DNA of 60,835 nucleotides, filler included, from Globobulimina sp. (GCA_003354225.1; 13 parts of 13 records of this genome joined end to end with filler, not necessarily neighbours in it), one strand, 5' to 3'; counted from the whole stretch's first letter, positions 37,268 through 49,306 are shown. The notes: generated by a model not told the origin, from the sequence alone. Program-made: numbers and translations.

Positions 37268-37420
37268 TGAGAAGGCCACATTCTCTGATTACTGCAATTT
37301 CTGAGAAGGCCAACACTCTCATTCTCTGATTACTGCAATTTCTGAGAAGGCCAACACTCTCATTCTCTGATTACTGCAATTTCTGAGAAGGCCAACACTC
37401 TCATTCTCTGATTACTGCAA
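37268..37420. repeat. 41-bp minisatellite (TGAGAAGGCCAACACTCTCATTCTCTGATTACTGCAATTTC), about 3.7 copies to the contig end
   Basis: Direct tandem copies at 37302, 37343 and 37384; the first copy at 37268 lacks 7 bp. Confidence 0.95.
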
Positions 37421-37671
37421 NNNNNNNNNNNNNNNNNNNNNNNNNNNNNNNNNNNNNNNNNNNNTTAATTAATTAANNNNNNNNNNNNNNNNNNNNNNNN
37501 NNNNNNNNNNNNNNNNNNNNAGCTCTACTTACGTTAGGATTTTTGAAAACTTTGAAAACTTTGAATTATTAAAAAATGATGTAAGCATAACAAATATATG
37601 AGTTACATTAGCGAATAAATTTACTTCCACATTAAGTTAATGGCACGACTCCAGAATCGCGACGAGCAGCA

Positions 37672-38627
37672 TCATGTTCCAATTTGTAAAACAGCCACAA
37701 TCCCACGATGATCAGATATAAAATGATACTGCTCCCTTGACACAGATTTGTCAAAAACTCCTATGCTCACACATTTTATTTTACTGCCCGTAAATACTTT
37801 ATCATACCGAGTGGCCGCAGCATTTCCAGGATAAAAGTAACTTCGATGCCAAGTATACATGGCTTTTTTTTTAACATTGTCTGGCACCATACTCCAGCAA
37901 CACGACATTTCATTTTTATAATCATTCAAAATACTCACTTCCTCATTATCTCTCATATTTGTGTCACCAATTAAAACAAAATAGTTTTGCATTTTATTAA
38001 TTTTACTCTGTTGATACAATCTATCAAATTCAGCTCTTCTTTTCTTCACATTATGCGCAGTTGGATATGGTGCAAAATGTACCGTATAACATCATTATAG
38101 GAATATGTACATTGGAATCTATTTCTCTTTGCAATATAATGCCAGGCCATTGATGTTGTGGGTCAATATTCCAATCATTGTTTATGACATAATCCCTTTG
38201 ATGCAATCTCTTATTTATTAGTATGATGCAATAACCACAATGTGATCCAGTCGAGAAAGTCATTTCCCACTGCAATGTTTTCATATATTTTTGTATTAAT
38301 GGATGGAATTTGTCAGTTTGAGTTTTATCATTCCATCTATTCACTCCTTTTGATAATTCCTGCAGGCAAATTATATCTGCATTTTGTTCCAAGATTTGTT
38401 GATACACTATGTCCCATTTATTATTATGTTGTAGCCACTGATCAGGAGCATGCATACGATGAAGTTGACTCCATATTAACATTCCATGACACGATACGCA
38501 GATATTCGCATTCTTTTGACTCTTGGAAATTGGGAATAGTAAATGTTTGTGGTGCAACATTGTATTTCAATTTCTTTGGCTTTGTTTGTTTTGCTGAATG
38601 GTTGTTGTTGCCCATTATCAATCGCAT
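37672..38627 (-). pseudogene. Endonuclease/exonuclease/phosphatase (TDP2-like) with two frameshifts
   Basis: IVSWNV, IICLQE, VHFAP, IGDTN, RYDKV, ISDHRG are spread over three frames with no usable introns. Confidence 0.8.
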
Positions 38628-38801
38628 GCAAAAATCCTCACAAAAACAGTGTTACGGTCAGTAGAGACGTACCATCCGTCCTAGAAACACTTGAAATAAA
38701 TTAAACAGGCACAACATTTGCCTATATCTGTGGTCCTGTTCATGCGTTTCAAATTATATTAATTCCAACATTAGCAAACTACTGCAACTACACCTTATAA
38801 A

Positions 38802-40958
38802 ATGGATATTAAATTATATATTTTAACAATTTTTATCATTTATATCGCTCAATCAACAAATATCAAAAACAATGAAAATAATATAATTAATATTAACGAA
38901 GCCTATCACATCACAGATTATATTTTATCGTTCAAGACCTATCATTTCGAATGGAATAATAACTATTTTACATCAAAACCATTATCCAATAACAACATAA
39001 AAGCATGTACAAAAAACATAGCCTCATTATGTATCAATTATACCCCTAAAAAACATGGTTTTATTGTGAATTTTAACAATTATTCCTTCAATTTTCTACA
39101 AAATAGCGATTGGACCCAAATAAACTATATCCACGCCAATGACAGCATTACTTTATACAATGACAATGACCAATATTTATACGATGATGAACATGAACAT
39201 GAAGATGACGAAGAAGAAGTAGATCCATTTCAATCTGCAAATGGCCACATCCATTCTCGTCGCTTACTACGCCGCGCCAAATGCAGTGTGTACCTCTATC
39301 GCAATGCAAAATTCTCAGGGCGCCGAGGCGGTACTTTTAAACGACGCAGTTATCGCCGCAGTCAATTACGTCGTCGTGGCTTCAAGTCAGGCGGTGTAAA
39401 ATCGGTCAAAGTGCGTGGTTCCAGATGTTGCGCAGCCAAATTATATGCGCATGATAATTATAAAGGGAGGCGGACACGGTTTAGATATGGCAGTTATTCG
39501 CGAATAAGGAAGAAAAAACACCAGGTGCGACAGTTGGGGAGTATGAAAGGGTACTGTTCATCGCGCAAACGGAGGAGAAGGAAACGGAGGGGACCGACAA
39601 GAAGAGGGCGGAGAGGGAGAAGGAGAAGGAGAGGGAGGAGATGCCCATGCCAGAAATGTCCGTGTGGTGGTGGCGGTATGTCAGGTATGCAGGGTGGCGG
39701 CGGTAAGCCCATACCGATATTATTAGGTCCTATGACTGGGATGTTGGGTCATTTTGGGTATAGTATGCATCCTGTAATGCCGCCGCAGATTGCGCATAGG
39801 AGTGGACAGATGGGCAATTTTGGTCAGGGCGCTGGTATGGCCATGATGAATCATCCGAGTTATGGTCAACCGATGATGGGGAGTGGCTATGGTATGGGAC
39901 AGGGGATGGGCATGGGAATGGGTGGTATGGGTGGCATGGGTAGAATGGGTGGAATGGGAGGTATGGGAGGTATGGGTCGTATGGGTGGCATGGGTGGTAT
40001 GGGTAGAATGGGAGGTATGGGAGGTATGGGAGGTATGGGAGGCATGGGAGCCATGGGAGGCATGGGCGGAATGGGTGCAATGGGTGGAATGCAAGGTGGT
40101 AAGACTCCGGTAGTGCACGTGTATACAGATGGTGGTGGCGGTCAAGGCGAAGGAGGCGAGGAAGAGACCTATGAAGAATCGCAAAGGAGGAGGATGATGA
40201 TGGTTGATAATGGAGGTTATGATGGTGGCGCATTAAGAAAATGTGTGGTGTTTGATGGTGGGGAGATTTGTGCTACTTTTTATTTTGGCGATTGGTCGGT
40301 GACATTGGATCATACAGTCGCGTTCAACAAATTTATGAGGATTGATATGGAGCAACTTGAGCCGGATGAAGAGCATATCGATGATGTTGAGAGCGTAGTG
40401 GTAGAATTTGAAGAAAGTGAAAGCGATGATGAGGAAGATGGCGAGCTTGGGTTTGAAGATGATGAATATGAGAATGTCAGGATAGAACACGAAGATTATG
40501 AGATAATGAGAAATGAAAAGATATTTGGATTTAAGAGTGATGAGGAGATTGTAAATGAGTATGAGAATGAGGGCATGACTGATTATATAAATACTATATT
40601 ATGGGTATGGAGGAAACATGAATGTAATGAGGATATGTTGTCTTTTATGAATATGTCCATTTGTACCATTGGTGGGATGGATCATAATATGGATAAAGAT
40701 ATTGTTATTTATAATAAATACAATGGAGAGAGAGATGTTGATATAGAGGGAGATGATATGTTTGATTTCAATGAAATACAATTTAATGTGCGGAATGAGA
40801 TGGATTGGGATGAGATATATGACATTAATATGTTTAATAAAGAGAATAAGAAATTGTGTAAAATAGAGTCAGTGATTAAAATATGCGTTGAAATAGCAAG
40901 CGATGAATATGTGAATGGCAATATAAATGAAATGCAAATTTCAATCGAGTTTTTATAA
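38802..40958 (+). CDS. Secreted modular protein: pro-domain, RRLL, basic beta/gamma-crystallin-like domain, Arg-rich tract, GGM repeats, acidic C-terminus
   Basis: Signal peptide; CSVYLYRNAKFSG..VKSVKV..AKLYAHDNYKG crystallin-like pattern; (GGM)n at about 39895-40095. Confidence 0.8.
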   Translation: MDIKLYILTIFIIYIAQSTNIKNNENNIININEAYHITDYILSFKTYHFEWNNNYFTSKPLSNNNIKACTKNIASLCINYTPKKHGFIVNFNNYSFNFLQNSDWTQINYIHANDSITLYNDNDQYLYDDEHEHEDDEEEVDPFQSANGHIHSRRLLRRAKCSVYLYRNAKFSGRRGGTFKRRSYRRSQLRRRGFKSGGVKSVKVRGSRCCAAKLYAHDNYKGRRTRFRYGSYSRIRKKKHQVRQLGSMKGYCSSRKRRRRKRRGPTRRGRRGRRRRRGRRCPCQKCPCGGGGMSGMQGGGGKPIPILLGPMTGMLGHFGYSMHPVMPPQIAHRSGQMGNFGQGAGMAMMNHPSYGQPMMGSGYGMGQGMGMGMGGMGGMGRMGGMGGMGGMGRMGGMGGMGRMGGMGGMGGMGGMGAMGGMGGMGAMGGMQGGKTPVVHVYTDGGGGQGEGGEEETYEESQRRRMMMVDNGGYDGGALRKCVVFDGGEICATFYFGDWSVTLDHTVAFNKFMRIDMEQLEPDEEHIDDVESVVVEFEESESDDEEDGELGFEDDEYENVRIEHEDYEIMRNEKIFGFKSDEEIVNEYENEGMTDYINTILWVWRKHECNEDMLSFMNMSICTIGGMDHNMDKDIVIYNKYNGERDVDIEGDDMFDFNEIQFNVRNEMDWDEIYDINMFNKENKKLCKIESVIKICVEIASDEYVNGNINEMQISIEFL

Positions 40959-41244
40959 CGGACTTCAAATCATAATTGATGAACATAGAAAAATAAAAAT
41001 TGTTATCATTCAATTTATTCTTTGTTTGTAAAAAAAAAATTGATCGAATGGCTTTGAATTTTTTTTGGTTTTTTTGTTTTTATTTTTTCTGTATGTAATA
41101 TGAAGATTGAGTAATTCTGACATGTGTTCTTCAACTTTTTCAAGTGTAATTATCAAAAAGCTTAGTACCATTGGCGCGTTCTAACTGAACAGCAGTTTGA
41201 TGTAAACTGCTAAAAATATCACAAAACAACCACAACAACAAAAT

Positions 41245-42106
41245 ATGGAATATTTCACCAATTTACTCACATATTGTTTGATTTTATTCATCACGATCGA
41301 CGTAAATGTACTCAGCTCTCAAGCCTCATCTATCCAAACAACACATTATAAATCACAACATTTTGACTGGAATAATCGACAACAATGGTCCCCTATGGAC
41401 AGCAACGCTAACATTTATACACCAACACAAGAAATAATCTCATGTACCCTCAACATCCCATCCTTATGCATCTACGCAGTCCCATCCATGCCAGGATTCC
41501 ATGTATTTTATGGCGATCAAATGTTTGATTTTCTAAATGACGCAAATTGGAGCACAATCATAGTAACCAATAACTTAGATAACGAAGAATATAACGATAT
41601 AGTAACGCATCTTTTTCCTTTCAAGGAAAACATTGAAAATACCGAAAACAAAGCTGCCATGAACTCTCAACGACGTAGATTGCGGAGAGGTCGCCGTAGC
41701 CGTCGCCGTAGACGCAGGGCAGCACGGAAAAGGAGGGCAGCACTAAAAATGCGGGCGAGGAACAGACGGGGAAGGAGTAGACAGCGTAGCAGCAGGCACA
41801 GAGGAAGGAGCAGCAGGTATAAGGCTAGGGGGAGGAGCTATGGTAATGGATACAGAGGAAAGTACAACCCGAGGACGCGGAGAAGGAGCTATGGCACAGC
41901 CATCAGTCGATTCAATCAGTTGCAAAGAGCCATGCATAGAATGCGCAGTCGTAAAAGACATTCGTCGCGAGACAGTAGAATGAGGCGCAGAGTGTACAGT
42001 CGGTTATATAGATTTGGTAAATTGCTTGGAAAATCTATGAAAACGGGCAATTTTGGAGGTATTTGTGGGTTAACGGGCGAATGTTATCAGAAGAAACAGA
42101 GGAAAC
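41245..42106 (+). CDS. Secreted paralogue of the 38802 gene with RRRL followed by an Arg-rich domain, 3' partial
   Basis: HFDWNN..CTLNIPSLCI..GFHV..FDFL..NWSTI aligns with HFEWNN..CTKNIASLCI..GFIV..FNFL..DWTQI. Confidence 0.8.
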
Positions 42107-42206
42107 NNNNNNNNNNNNNNNNNNNNNNNNNNNNNNNNNNNNNNNNNNNNTTAATTAATTAANNNNNNNNNNNNNNNNNNNNNNNNNNNNNNNNNNNNNN
42201 NNNNNN

Positions 42207-42815
42207 AGAACATTTACCAAAATTCAGGAACGCTTTCGGTAAGAGCCAGAATGACAGATGTCTCTCATGCAGGTGGTATGATCATTCAGGATTTTGAAAC
42301 GGAAGTATTGAACCAGGGCCAAATGATATACAGGGGCACGACCAACTTTGGTTTTTTTACGGGTAAGGCCCTGTCCAATCAGGTAGGCATTCGAAACAGC
42401 CAATTCAATATTGAATTCAAAAATGCCCCAGAAGAAACCGGCACATTTTTTAAGAATGATGCACCCATTACACCTAAGGATATCAGCCGGAGTCCAAACT
42501 CGGGGATGCCTTCAAAGGCACTGAGAATGTTTGATTCCATTGATTACTTCAGCTTTGACGAAGGATTGTATAAAAGCGGTTGCATAAAAGCCTCCAAACA
42601 AGTAGATCCTGATGAATGGTTTTTCCATGCCCACTTTTACCAGGATCCGGTTTGCCCTGGCTCCCTCGGTGTGGAATCATTCCTACAACTTCTCCGATTC
42701 TACCTGATAAACAAATATGATATTGACCTGGACAACTACGAGCCGACTATGACAGAAGAACATTCCCACCAATGGATATACAGAGGACAAATCGCTCCCT
42801 CCAATAACACGATTG
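42207..42815 (+). CDS. Bacterial PUFA-synthase (PfaC-like) FabA-type dehydratase fragment (probable chimera)
   Basis: GGMIIQDF..FGFF..LSNQVGI; WFFHAHFYQDPVCPGSLG; WIYRGQI. Confidence 0.85.
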
Positions 42816-43787
42816 AATCGTCCAAGCTGTACATGGTATAACCATCAATAATGACATCGGTTCCTCCCTTTTTCCGTCGACTCACATCAAACCATTCGGG
42901 TCTGGCTTTCTGTCGAATGGATTTCAAATAGCGAGCTGGGTCAAACCGCAATACTTTCTCTGCCTCCTTTTCTTCTGCTTTTTTGACTCTTTTCTGTTTA
43001 GATGTCAATCCAAACTGCGATAATTTTTTCTGTCCGCGGACTGTGTCGGTTAAGAAACGAGAGGTTTTGTACAATTGCGAGTTGATGAAGGCAGAGACAT
43101 TGTCGCCAATCGGCTTATCGCCAATACAGATACCAACCGCCGCATCGCCGGTTATTTCGGTGTTGGTGCCATCTAAATCTGTGCTGGTGTTTGCGGTTTT
43201 GATTTTGGAGGAATTCACCAAATTGTCAATTAAATTTATGCACAGTGGGTCCACCCATTCTTCATTGCCATAATCTTTGTACGTGACATGGACCTCAGAG
43301 TCGGTGAATTTGTTCACTTTGGCGAGATACCATTGTTCTGTGTGTTGTGTATTATGTTATTGGGCTGTTAGTGGTAATTGCACTTAACTATCATCAGTGA
43401 ATTGGGACATGACAGTCATGCCAGGTTTTAATTGTGCTAAGATTTCTTTTTTGAGGATGTCTGGATGTTTGACATACTTATTTTGCACCAATGCATCAAA
43501 CATGGCGGTGCAGTGTGTGTATGATTCTTCTTCATTGCTAACAATTTGATATTCGAGCAAATAGGCATGCAATGAGTTGTATACATCATCTGCTGTATAT
43601 ATCTTTTTTTCTGTGTAGCGTCGTAAGGTAATGGTTGATTTTATGCATAGTATGTGTGATAAATAGAAGTTTGCTGTTAACCGTCTATTAGTTGTTCAAG
43701 CATATTGCAGACGTAAGCTATAATGCTCAGGTCTGTATTCGGCATTGCTTTTTCTATAACATTGTTTAGTTGGTGCTTCGACGCCAT
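42810..43787 (-). CDS. ABCF3/GCN20-like N-terminal region with inserted Tudor domain, truncated before the ABC domain
   Basis: Spliced MASKHQLNNVIEKAMPNTDLSIIAYVCNML..ADDVYNSLHAYL (ABCF3-like N-terminus); LKPGMTVMSQFTDD..WYLAKV..VTYKDYGNEEWV (Tudor); DVIIDGYTM. Confidence 0.55.
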
Positions 43788-43868
43788 TGCAGTAGTAGTA
43801 GTGGTAAAGAATAGGAAGTTTTTTTAGGGTAAATGCAAAAATTGCGTCGTTTTTAAGGTAAATGAAAC

Positions 43869-46791
43869 ATGGCGTTTGCATCACGACGTAAAAACAAACG
43901 GAATGATTCAAACAATGAAGCTTCAAACCCAATGATAGGACAGGAGATTACCACACAATTAATCAAACCCGCAAGTAACACACAAACACATTATGACACT
44001 TTTATTGATGAAGATAATGAACAAAGTAAACTTAAATATAAATTATCTAAACTAAGAATAGGTAAAGTAGCTCATTTATCGCCTGTAATGTCCGTGGGAA
44101 ACAATACCTTGTCCCCGGACACATATCCATCACGTTACCAGCGAGCAGCATATTCATCCCCTGTTACCCCAACAAACTCAAATAAATTAACACCAACGAC
44201 CAAAAAAACGGAGCAATCTGAAGGTAATCAAAATAATCAGCTCTTCATTGTGTTTGTATGCACAAATCAGTTCATTTTGAATATGTACACAGAAAAGAAA
44301 CGCGTAGCTACTAAAATAAATACAAACTTGGATCCGGATGCAAGAATCTCACCAATTCCATGCAGTAAAACTCCCATTATAGTGGTCACACCACCAACCA
44401 ATAAAAAGATATCGACAAATAAAAAGAGGCTACGACTCAGCCTACGACCGAGCTCAAATCCAAAAAGAGTCCTACACCATACTCAGGCATCTGCGTCAAC
44501 ATCCTACCAATTCATTGACAGGTTATATATTATATATATGTACCATCGATCTCAGTTTTTATATCTGACCATGAGTATGAGTAGCAATCCACGGACTGTT
44601 TCTGGATTAAACATGTTCGACAATGTCCGAGTAAAAACTTTTTATGTATATAATTATGTTGTATATTGTATATTGTATATAATTATAATGTATTGTATAT
44701 TGTATACTGTATATGTATATTGTATATTGTATACTGTATATGTATATTGTATATTGTATATTGTATATAAAGAAATAAAGTAAGAAATATATACACAATA
44801 CACACAAACAAAAAGGAAAACACTTAACATTGATGGTAAAACTGGCAGTATCCGCAAGAATATCACACCTGAAGTATGGGATAATTCATTGGATGAATAT
44901 CCAAAACTGAAACCAGTGGAGAGATCCAACAGCAATCACAGTTTATTTTCATATGCAAAATTGATAAAGAACAACAAGCAAAGATTTGCAGTAACGCCCG
45001 GCATTGGATGGGACAATAAAAAAGTTGAAAATATGCCGTCTTTCCCGCCAACAAAACGCATACAAACATCCAGAGAGCATAACAAAAAATTCATTATGGA
45101 TCGCATACAGCAGCAAAGTATGGAACCATCATTATTCCACCACCGACGATCTGTAGTTTCTAATGCTGTGGAATGCGAATATAAAAATAACCAGTTTGCT
45201 GATACAGGAGGGAGTACATTAGGAAGTTGTATGTCATTTAGTATCAATGAAGAGGCTCAATATGAAATGGTTTGCCATACGCCGGTAGATTATAATCGTA
45301 ATCGCGATCGGATGAAAATGTCCATGTCAGCAGGCACCTATCCGTATGCCAGCAGGCGAAATACAGCAACCACTCATCGCAATTCACGGAAGCAGTTGGT
45401 ATATATTGGTGGTATTAACGAGATGAATAAATATGATGTTCATGTTCGCTTCTATGACTTATTTGAACTTTGGGGCGATGACAAACCGGATATTCATGAA
45501 GCTGATGATTGTATGTTTGTGCGGTTCCCGAGTATTGCACAAGCCATTAATGGCATACATGTGTTTGATGGGTTGCAGCCAAATGGGTACACATTGTCTG
45601 CAGAGTTAGTGTTGGAAGGATCGCAAATGGTTTGTTAGAACAACTGTATTTATACTGCATAAATGACAAACAACTGCATTGATGTACAGGTATATATTGA
45701 TGGTTTGGATGGTGATTGGAACGAGGAAATTTTTAAGAACTTTATTAACAATGCTGGCGATTATAAAGTGTCCATCAAATGCAACAAAGGCACTGGTGAC
45801 AGGGTGTATGCCTTTGTGCAGTTCGGCAGTTTGGAAGCAGTGCAGTCTGCCATCGATCGCTTTGATGGAGAAACTGAAATTGATGGCAAATTAATGCGCT
45901 GGGAACATATGGTCAAGGCATATATCGGAAAGATTGGCGAAAACACCACCACTGCCGATATACAAAATGAATTAAGTGAATGGGATCCATCTTTTAAATA
46001 TTTGCCTGTTGAGATACGGAAATCTCGCGAACCAATTTATTATCAACAAATGGAGCAACCAATGAAGGAAAAAAGCATTAATTCCGATGCACAAAATTTA
46101 ACAGAAAACATTGCGGTGCAATCTGTTGAAGAAAAACCAGGCAAAATGAGAGCTGCAGTCAGTTAAGTTCAGATATGTTAATATGAAAATGCGTGAATTC
46201 TAACTTATTATTTCAACAAAAATAAGCTCCCACATTGTCCACTGTTGACTCAGTCTCAGTCGGCCTGATCGATAGAAGTGTGGCCAGTGCCTACGATATG
46301 TTGCAAGACATCCATGTCGATGTCAGTGCAGATCAACTGCCTGACACAATTTTACGAACGCAATGGAGTGACTCTTTAGAACATTATGTGGACGATTCAC
46401 CATTAAAAAACCTACCGACTCCCACCCGACGCCCTCATAATAATGTATTAACACTGAAAACAACACCCACTGCTTTTGACGATATGGATGGAAAAGAATC
46501 AGTGGTAACAATGGATGAAACAAAAGAAATGGATGAAGATGACAGTCCATTACCGACCGACGGCACCGGCTGTGACGATACAGATACAGTTACGGCACTG
46601 AGTGAGGATGACAATATTGACTATGAATGGCATTATTATGCGTATGTATGGTTTTGGACGAAATATGATGCGATGCGAGCACAGTTGCGATTTGATAAAA
46701 GAAATTGCTTTGGATCGACCTCACTGATTAGGTTTCTTTTGATGAATGACTTGACACAAAAGGTTTATGTGTCCGGTTTGATGGAAGGATA
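43869..46791 (+). CDS. Multi-exon RRM-domain protein, 3' partial
   Basis: VYIGGI..MFVRF, VYIDGL..YAFVQF, AYIGKI, VYVSGL RNP motifs; AT-rich introns. Confidence 0.75.
44655..44770. repeat. Intronic microsatellite (TGTATAT/ACT)n
   Basis: Repeated TATTGTA / TACTGTA units. Confidence 0.9.
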
Positions 46792-47018
46792 NNNNNNNNN
46801 NNNNNNNNNNNNNNNNNNNNNNNNNNNNNNNNNNNTTAATTAATTAANNNNNNNNNNNNNNNNNNNNNNNNNNNNNNNNNNNNNNNNNNNNAAATTAGCT
46901 CCATGGTTCAGAGTTTTTTCTTTAAGTTTTGGCAGTATCTCACAAATATATATCACACCAAAATTGATATATTGAAACTAGAATATGCATTTATAAACTA
47001 TGTGTTAGATTGATTATT

Positions 47019-48215
47019 TCATAGAGGACTGGCATTGGTTTGATACATTGGAGTGACTGGATTCAACTCAGCCATTACATTCACAGCTTTTAAATCAAGA
47101 CCAAGATGCTCCACTGCTGTGTCCATGTTATACCTAAATTTAGAATCTCCGCCGGCCTCATCAATACTTGACATTTGCTGGTCTTCATCTTCATTCTCTG
47201 GCGCATCATCCACAATGTTATCACTTAGCATTTTAAGCTGATTATATGCGCGTTTGCCACCGAAACGAATCATTCCTACTCCAATCATTATTTTCCAAAT
47301 CAAGCTCCAAATTAATAAATATTTTGCTTTTCCAGTTGGTGAATGGAATCCTGATCTAGCAAACTCAAACAATACCAACATAAACACAAACACGAATGAT
47401 CCCATTACAACACCGCATATTATAAAAGCACATACTCCGCAAAATGTGGGTGTCATTGCTTTCTGTTAAAAAAATCACATGTTTATGTATTTCCTTTTCA
47501 ACTCATATTTTTAACATTTTTCAGATGTCGATAATATTAAAAACGTTTCAGAAACAATTAGTTTTCACGATCATCTGAAATGTTTTTGATATTAATTAGT
47601 ATATGTTTTCATAGAAAATCGTACCAACACTTTCTTCAACTTAAGGTTGCCGCGACTTGCACCAAATAATGTTATTATGGGCAAGAAATAAACAGAAATC
47701 ATAAAGGTGGCATCAGCAATGGCCAAACAATCAATTAATTCAAACTGATACAACATTATATATAATTGGATATAATATCCAGTTGAGATAAAACCCGCAG
47801 TTGGAGTATATTGATGGAATGACCATTCATATGACACAGCAACCAGAGCCACAGCAGGCACCAATATGCCTGATATAGTAATGAATATAATATATGACTT
47901 TTCTATCATATACACCACCATCTCAACAGGTGTTGCTTCGAATAAATGTGAGCCTAATTTATGAATACCGTATAATGAGGCCAATAAAAAAGGGACTGAC
48001 AGCCAGATGCATGACACTGCGATTTCAATTTCTGTTCTATGTGCTGCTGATGATGTTATCTCATGTAATTGTAATAGTTGTTGCTCTTTTTGCACATTAT
48101 AAACATCATAATCTATAGAAAACAATACTGTCATAACCAGAAATGCAATTTGTGAGATAATAAAAGATATCCCGGCGCATCTTAGTTCCCGTTGGGATGG
48201 CAAATCTGTTGCCAT
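47019..48215 (-). CDS. Multi-pass membrane protein, 2 exons
   Basis: About six hydrophobic segments over two ORFs separated by a GT..AG intron. Confidence 0.65.
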
Positions 48216-48590
48216 TTAGTAGTTCACTTCAAAATTTGAATCAAAATCTTTAGTACTGAGTATGGAAGGTTATGAGAATAACTACCATCTCGATGATGAA
48301 TTAAATATAGGATCATATTGTTTTTGTGATGATGATGAAGCGTCTTTTTGTGTGATTCTAGATGTTACAAAACAAACAAACCAATATACGATCATTGATT
48401 TTCAAGAAAATAGAGAACGTATAGTGGTGCAATCAAGTCTACAGAAAATCCAATCTCTTGGACATATTGAACAAGCCCGGAACTTACACGTAAGTATTCA
48501 GCATCACAAGTAGCTCTGGAATATGCTGAAATTGATGCGAATAAAACCCGTGAACTAGATAAAAAAACAAAAAAATACAGTCCACAACAA

Positions 48591-49097
48591 ATGAAATGTT
48601 GGCTTATTATTCTATTGTGGAGCATTGCTGCTATTGGTCCTATACTGATAATAATTGGCATTGCAACACATGACGCAAGTTCAGAATATGCAAAGCATGG
48701 AACAAAAGAGAAATGTTTGATCACTAGATATGATATAATGCAATGTAGCTACCAATGTAATTGTAATGCATGGACTGAGACTTGTGAAATATGCGATGAT
48801 GGGGAAACTATCATTTATTCTGCAACTGTTGATAATAAATGCAGTCATACAGTACTTATAAATGTTGATGACTTCAATTGTCGTCCAGTATGGGATGAAT
48901 ACGGTTATAATTTGGGCCAAATATATTCATGTTATACTATGGATTGTAAAGAGGGTAGATTTTCGTTCAAAGACTACGGAAAGAGTTTAATAATTAGCTA
49001 TATCTTATTCATTGTTGGTAGTGTTGTATTTGTTGTTTGTGGTTGTGTTGGATTTGTGTTATGCTTCAAAATGGGTCTAATAAATATTAAGCACTGA
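48591..49097 (+). CDS. Two-TM protein with Cys-rich extracellular loop
   Basis: Hydrophobic N- and C-terminal helices flank CSYQCNC..CEIC..C..C..CY..C. Confidence 0.7.
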   Translation: MKCWLIILLWSIAAIGPILIIIGIATHDASSEYAKHGTKEKCLITRYDIMQCSYQCNCNAWTETCEICDDGETIIYSATVDNKCSHTVLINVDDFNCRPVWDEYGYNLGQIYSCYTMDCKEGRFSFKDYGKSLIISYILFIVGSVVFVVCGCVGFVLCFKMGLINIKH

Positions 49098-49306
49098 ATA
49101 TCTTTCCAAGTGCGCTAATATTATTAATCATTTATATGAAGCAAACCATTTATATTCCTGCTCAATTGTTGTGTCTGCAGTGCTCGTGTGATTTATTTCT
49201 CCCTTTCATCAACATCGTTTTAACTCATTCTCAAATTTGAAACACCTCTAAGTATTAGAAATATGTCCAGTTCGACTTTAGTGAAGTCTTCAAGTAGTTT
49301 TTCACA

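Noticed and set aside
37268-37420. CRISPR-like repeats
   Set aside because: Units are head-to-tail with no unique spacers, there are no cas genes, and the context is eukaryotic.
39494-40233. Antisense ORFs with HTS/PYL repeats
   Set aside because: Shadow frames of the GGM repeat tract.
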